DNA of 37,283 bases, taken from IMG/VR virus record IMGVR_UViG_3300033067_001749, positions 1 to 37,283 of that record; one strand, 5' to 3'. A model generated the notes under the pieces. It was not told where the DNA came from. It made no database searches and saw nothing but the letters and a program-made list of their open reading frames with translations. The stretch comes from a virus. Taxonomy: Duplodnaviria; Caudoviricetes. Within the stretch, counting starts at the first letter, position 1, and each line of letters opens with the position of its first letter. The position numbers were made by a program, and so were the translations under genes. This document shows positions 34,271 through 37,283 of this stretch, in pieces.

Positions 34271-34316
34271 ACGGGGGATGGTTTCATCACGGATGATTTA
34301 ACCTCCCCCGTTTTTT
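34271..34316 (+). terminator. Rho-independent terminator with long interrupted stem
   Basis: CGGGGGA/TCCCCCG outer stem, GGTT/AACC and TCATC/GATGA inner stems, then TTTTTT. Confidence 0.85.
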
Positions 34317-34326
34317 CGAGGTATTT

Positions 34327-35850
34327 ATGGCGTTGTCGGAAAACATAAATGATCTTGAAAAGGCAAAGTTCTTAGAGACTGGCAGTGGCGAAACCGCTGT
34401 CAGAATATCTGGAAGCGTAACCCCTAGCCTTCCAACAGGCGCAGCATCCGAAGCAAAGCAAGACATCGCTAATGCGTCTTTAGCTAGCATCGACACTAAA
34501 CTCACATCACCGTTATCTGTCGCACAATCAGGGACGTGGTCGATAGGTCGAACGTGGGTTTTAGATTTTTCTACCGACGACGTCACGGCAATTCAAGGCG
34601 GGACGTGGTCCGTAGGACGTACTTGGACATTATCGAGCGGTTCTGATTCTGTATCTTCAGTACAGTCCGGTAATTGGGATATTAGAAACATAACCGGAAC
34701 TATTTCTTTACCTACCGGGGCAGCAATTGCCTCAAAACAACCAGCCATAGGTACTGCCGGAACGGCATCCACGGATGTAATTACAGTTCAGGGAATTGCC
34801 TCTATGACGGCGCTTAAAGTCGATGGTAGCGCCGTTACTCAGCCTATAAGTGGCACCGTCACAGCGAATCAAGGAACTAATCCTTGGGTTACTTCAAGAT
34901 CATGGAATCTTTCTAGTGGCACTGATTCTGTCGCAGCAGTTCAATCTGGGACATGGAACATTACAAACGTAAGTGGAACTGTTTCACTACCTACAGGCGC
35001 ATCAACGTCGGCTCTACAGACGACAGGAAACTCTTCTCTTTCTTCGATTGACGGTAAACTTGGAACACTTGGTCAGAAGGCCATGGCCGGTTCAGCTCCA
35101 GTTGTTTTGGCGTCAGATCAATCGGCTATTCCAGTTTCTCAATCTGGAACGTGGAATATCACAAATATATCTGGAACCGTTTCGCTTCCGACGGGTGCAG
35201 CAACATCGGCTAAGCAACCAGCACTTGGGACGGCAGGTACGGCAAGTTCTGACGTCATAACCGTGCAAGGTATCGCATCGATGACCGCCTTGAAGGTCGA
35301 CGGAAGTGGTGTCACCCAACCAATTTCTGGGACGGTAGCGGCGACACAGTCTGGAACGTGGACCGTTCAACCTGGTAATACGGCCAACACGGTTGCTTGG
35401 AAAGTCGACGGATCATCCGTAACTCAACCGATCAGTGCGGCGAGTCTACCTCTTCCAAGTGGAGCAGCGACCGCAGCGAAACAACCGGCACTGGGAACAG
35501 CAGGAACAGCTTCGGCTGACGTTATAACGATCCAGGGCGTCGCTTCGATGACTCCGATCAAGACTGATTCAAAGACAGCTTTGACGGCTTCATCACCAAC
35601 AGCTGCGACGGTGGGAGTCACATCGGCTTCCGTTGTTGCTTCAAACTCTAGTAGAAAGGGTCTCGCAGTCGTAAATACATCTTCAAACACAATCTCGTTT
35701 GGCATCGGTGCAGCGGCAGTTCTGAATAGCGGAATTACCCTTTTTCCAGGCGGGACATGGGTTATGGACGAGTTCAACTTTACGACTGCTGCGATCAACG
35801 CGATTGCGAGCGCAGCATCAAGTAATTTAGCTATTCAGGAATTTACATGA
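34327..35850 (+). CDS. Repeat-rich virion fibre protein
   Basis: Ser/Thr/Gly/Ala-rich; repeated QSGTW, SLPTGA, KQPALGTAGTAS.DVIT.QG, LKVDGS.VTQPIS modules. Confidence 0.75.
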   Translation: MALSENINDLEKAKFLETGSGETAVRISGSVTPSLPTGAASEAKQDIANASLASIDTKLTSPLSVAQSGTWSIGRTWVLDFSTDDVTAIQGGTWSVGRTWTLSSGSDSVSSVQSGNWDIRNITGTISLPTGAAIASKQPAIGTAGTASTDVITVQGIASMTALKVDGSAVTQPISGTVTANQGTNPWVTSRSWNLSSGTDSVAAVQSGTWNITNVSGTVSLPTGASTSALQTTGNSSLSSIDGKLGTLGQKAMAGSAPVVLASDQSAIPVSQSGTWNITNISGTVSLPTGAATSAKQPALGTAGTASSDVITVQGIASMTALKVDGSGVTQPISGTVAATQSGTWTVQPGNTANTVAWKVDGSSVTQPISAASLPLPSGAATAAKQPALGTAGTASADVITIQGVASMTPIKTDSKTALTASSPTAATVGVTSASVVASNSSRKGLAVVNTSSNTISFGIGAAAVLNSGITLFPGGTWVMDEFNFTTAAINAIASAASSNLAIQEFT

Positions 35851-37046
35851 TTGGTAATCCTTCATTATTTATTGGTGAAAAGGTTTTTGGTGGGACTACC
35901 AATAATATTTTATCGACAAGTTCGGCTGGAATTTTACAGCAAGGATCTTTAAGCGGTACGACAAACCAGATCACAGTCACGCCTTCATCTGGCGCTTTCA
36001 CACTGTCCACACCACAAAACATAGCGACCACAAGTACACCACAGTTTGCAAAGATCGGTATCGGAGTTGCCGCTCACGCTACCTCAATTTTCTATGCATA
36101 CAATGCATCCAGTTCAAACACTATCCTTGTAGAGACTGGCGGAGCGTCGAGTCAAGCCGGTCTGCAAGTAAAAAACCCAGGGAGAGCTTGGTCATTCTCA
36201 GTGCGCGGTGACGTTTCAAACGGGTTTTGTATCGCCGATGAAACTGCCGGAGCTATTAGAATGGTCGCAGATTCATCTGGTCAATTTGGTTTTGGTACGA
36301 CTGTCCCTGAAGCTAGATTTCATATTATCGAAAATTCTTCGACGTCAACCACTCGCGGAATTGTGTCACAGCAATTTCTTAATGGTACAACTGGCGGGGC
36401 ATTCGTTGGGAGAAAGAATCGCGTATCAGGAAGTACTCCAATATCCATAAACTCAAACGATTTTTTAGCCGAGTTTAGATCTCAAGGATACGACGGAACT
36501 AGCTTCGTAGATGCCTCGAAAATTGTGATTCAGGCATTAGGAACTATCGGCACAGGTCGTATGCCTACCGACATGATTTTCTACACATCGACCGATGCCG
36601 CGACTTCCGTGGTAACCGAGGTTATGCGGCTAAAGGCGAGCGGACAGGCAACTTTTACGACGACAACTGATTCTACCAGTAGCACGACAGGTGCGATGAT
36701 AATTAGTGGTGGACAAGTCGTTACTAAAAACAACTTAACCCTTCAAGGCCAAGGATTCGGGGTCACATCAACCGCGACTGCGGCAGGAACAACGACGCTA
36801 ACTTCGTCTAGCACTTCTGTGCAAATATTTACCGGTACGACAACACAAACGGTCGTATTGCCAGCAGCGAACGCATTTGGATCAGGCATCGGCCTAGTCT
36901 TTTACATCAAAAACAGGTCTACTGGAACGGTCACAATCAACAGAGCCGGGTCAGACACCATTGACGCCGGTACAACATTAAACGTTACGTCAAACCAATC
37001 GGCAACTTTGGTCAGTAACGGATCAACCGCGTGGGTGATAGTATGA
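35847..37046 (+). CDS. Trimeric fibre / adhesin-like virion protein
   Basis: GTTNQITV, KIGIG, FGFGTTVPEARFHI, STSSTTGAMIISGG motifs and C-terminal TVVLPAA...IKN...TINRAGSDTID domain. Confidence 0.75.
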   Translation: MIGNPSLFIGEKVFGGTTNNILSTSSAGILQQGSLSGTTNQITVTPSSGAFTLSTPQNIATTSTPQFAKIGIGVAAHATSIFYAYNASSSNTILVETGGASSQAGLQVKNPGRAWSFSVRGDVSNGFCIADETAGAIRMVADSSGQFGFGTTVPEARFHIIENSSTSTTRGIVSQQFLNGTTGGAFVGRKNRVSGSTPISINSNDFLAEFRSQGYDGTSFVDASKIVIQALGTIGTGRMPTDMIFYTSTDAATSVVTEVMRLKASGQATFTTTTDSTSSTTGAMIISGGQVVTKNNLTLQGQGFGVTSTATAAGTTTLTSSSTSVQIFTGTTTQTVVLPAANAFGSGIGLVFYIKNRSTGTVTINRAGSDTIDAGTTLNVTSNQSATLVSNGSTAWVIV

Positions 37047-37283
37047 GTTATTTTCCAGTACCAGATTATTCTCCAGGAGTTACTGGCGGACTATTAACTG
37101 CAAGCGGTTTAGTTGGAACAGCCGCCGGAGATAATGCATCTGTTTCATACGTCGGAGAAATACAGACTTACAGCGTCGCATCTGCATCTGCGGTTTCTCT
37201 GACTACAAACGTGTATGCTAACGTACTGTCAATGTCGATCAACGCAGGTGACTGGGACTTCACGGGAGTTGTCATTGCAAAAG
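37043..37283 (+). CDS. 5' part of the junction-spanning 162-aa fibre/structural protein (continues to 401)
   Basis: ATGA overlap with the upstream stop; open to the window end and in frame with 81..401. Confidence 0.8.
   Translation, partial: MSYFPVPDYSPGVTGGLLTASGLVGTAAGDNASVSYVGEIQTYSVASASAVSLTTNVYANVLSMSINAGDWDFTGVVIAK
37131..37283. repeat. Terminal direct repeat, right copy (matches 1-153)
   Basis: Direct comparison of the two ends. Confidence 0.97.

Larger units (their letters stand above)
1..37283. mobile_element. Complete tailed bacteriophage genome (siphovirus-like), circular assembly, unit length about 37130 bp
   Basis: Full set of packaging, head, tail, lysis and replication genes; 153-bp terminal overlap with a gene crossing the junction; tape measure and tail tube present, no recognisable sheath; no host genes. 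Confidence 0.93.

Noticed and set aside
35847-37046. Assigning a specific host (e.g. Bdellovibrionota) from fibre motifs, Fis HTH and protease
   Set aside because: Suggestive only; these motifs are widespread and need database or spacer evidence
1-37283. Integrase, partition system or CI-type repressor indicating a temperate lifestyle
   Set aside because: No tyrosine/serine recombinase, ParA or S24 peptidase motifs recognised; lifestyle left undetermined

Overview
The window is best read as one complete ~37.13 kb tailed-phage genome (siphovirus-like), assembled as a circle. Bases 1-153 repeat 37131-37283 with five synonymous differences, and one fibre gene runs across the junction. The + strand late region runs TerS, an inserted sigma-factor cassette, TerL, portal, two morphogenesis paralogues, scaffold, major capsid, decoration protein, head-proximal fibres, adaptor, tail tube, G/GT chaperones with a -1 frameshift, tape measure, tail tip, tail fibre and a holin-like gene. 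A leftward early/accessory arm carries Cro-like HTH, RecT-like, Gp157, many micro-ORFs, HNH, Ea22-like and a separately promoted operon for a secreted papain-family protease. An M15 endolysin sits inverted inside that arm. A rightward replication module encodes an SSB-like protein, SF2 helicase, VRR-NUC, AEP primase and SF3 helicase, followed by an iteron origin. No integrase, DNA polymerase, tRNA, CRISPR array or reverse transcriptase was recognised. The most striking signal is in the replication module: the SSB-like gene is split at a prfB-like TTT-TGA-C site, and the helicase has no ATG start and a 5-nt UGA-containing insertion inside Walker A. The module is also strongly depleted in TG/CA dinucleotides. 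Recoding, decay and assembly error cannot be separated without reads and homologues. All family assignments come from motif recognition by eye, not database searches.
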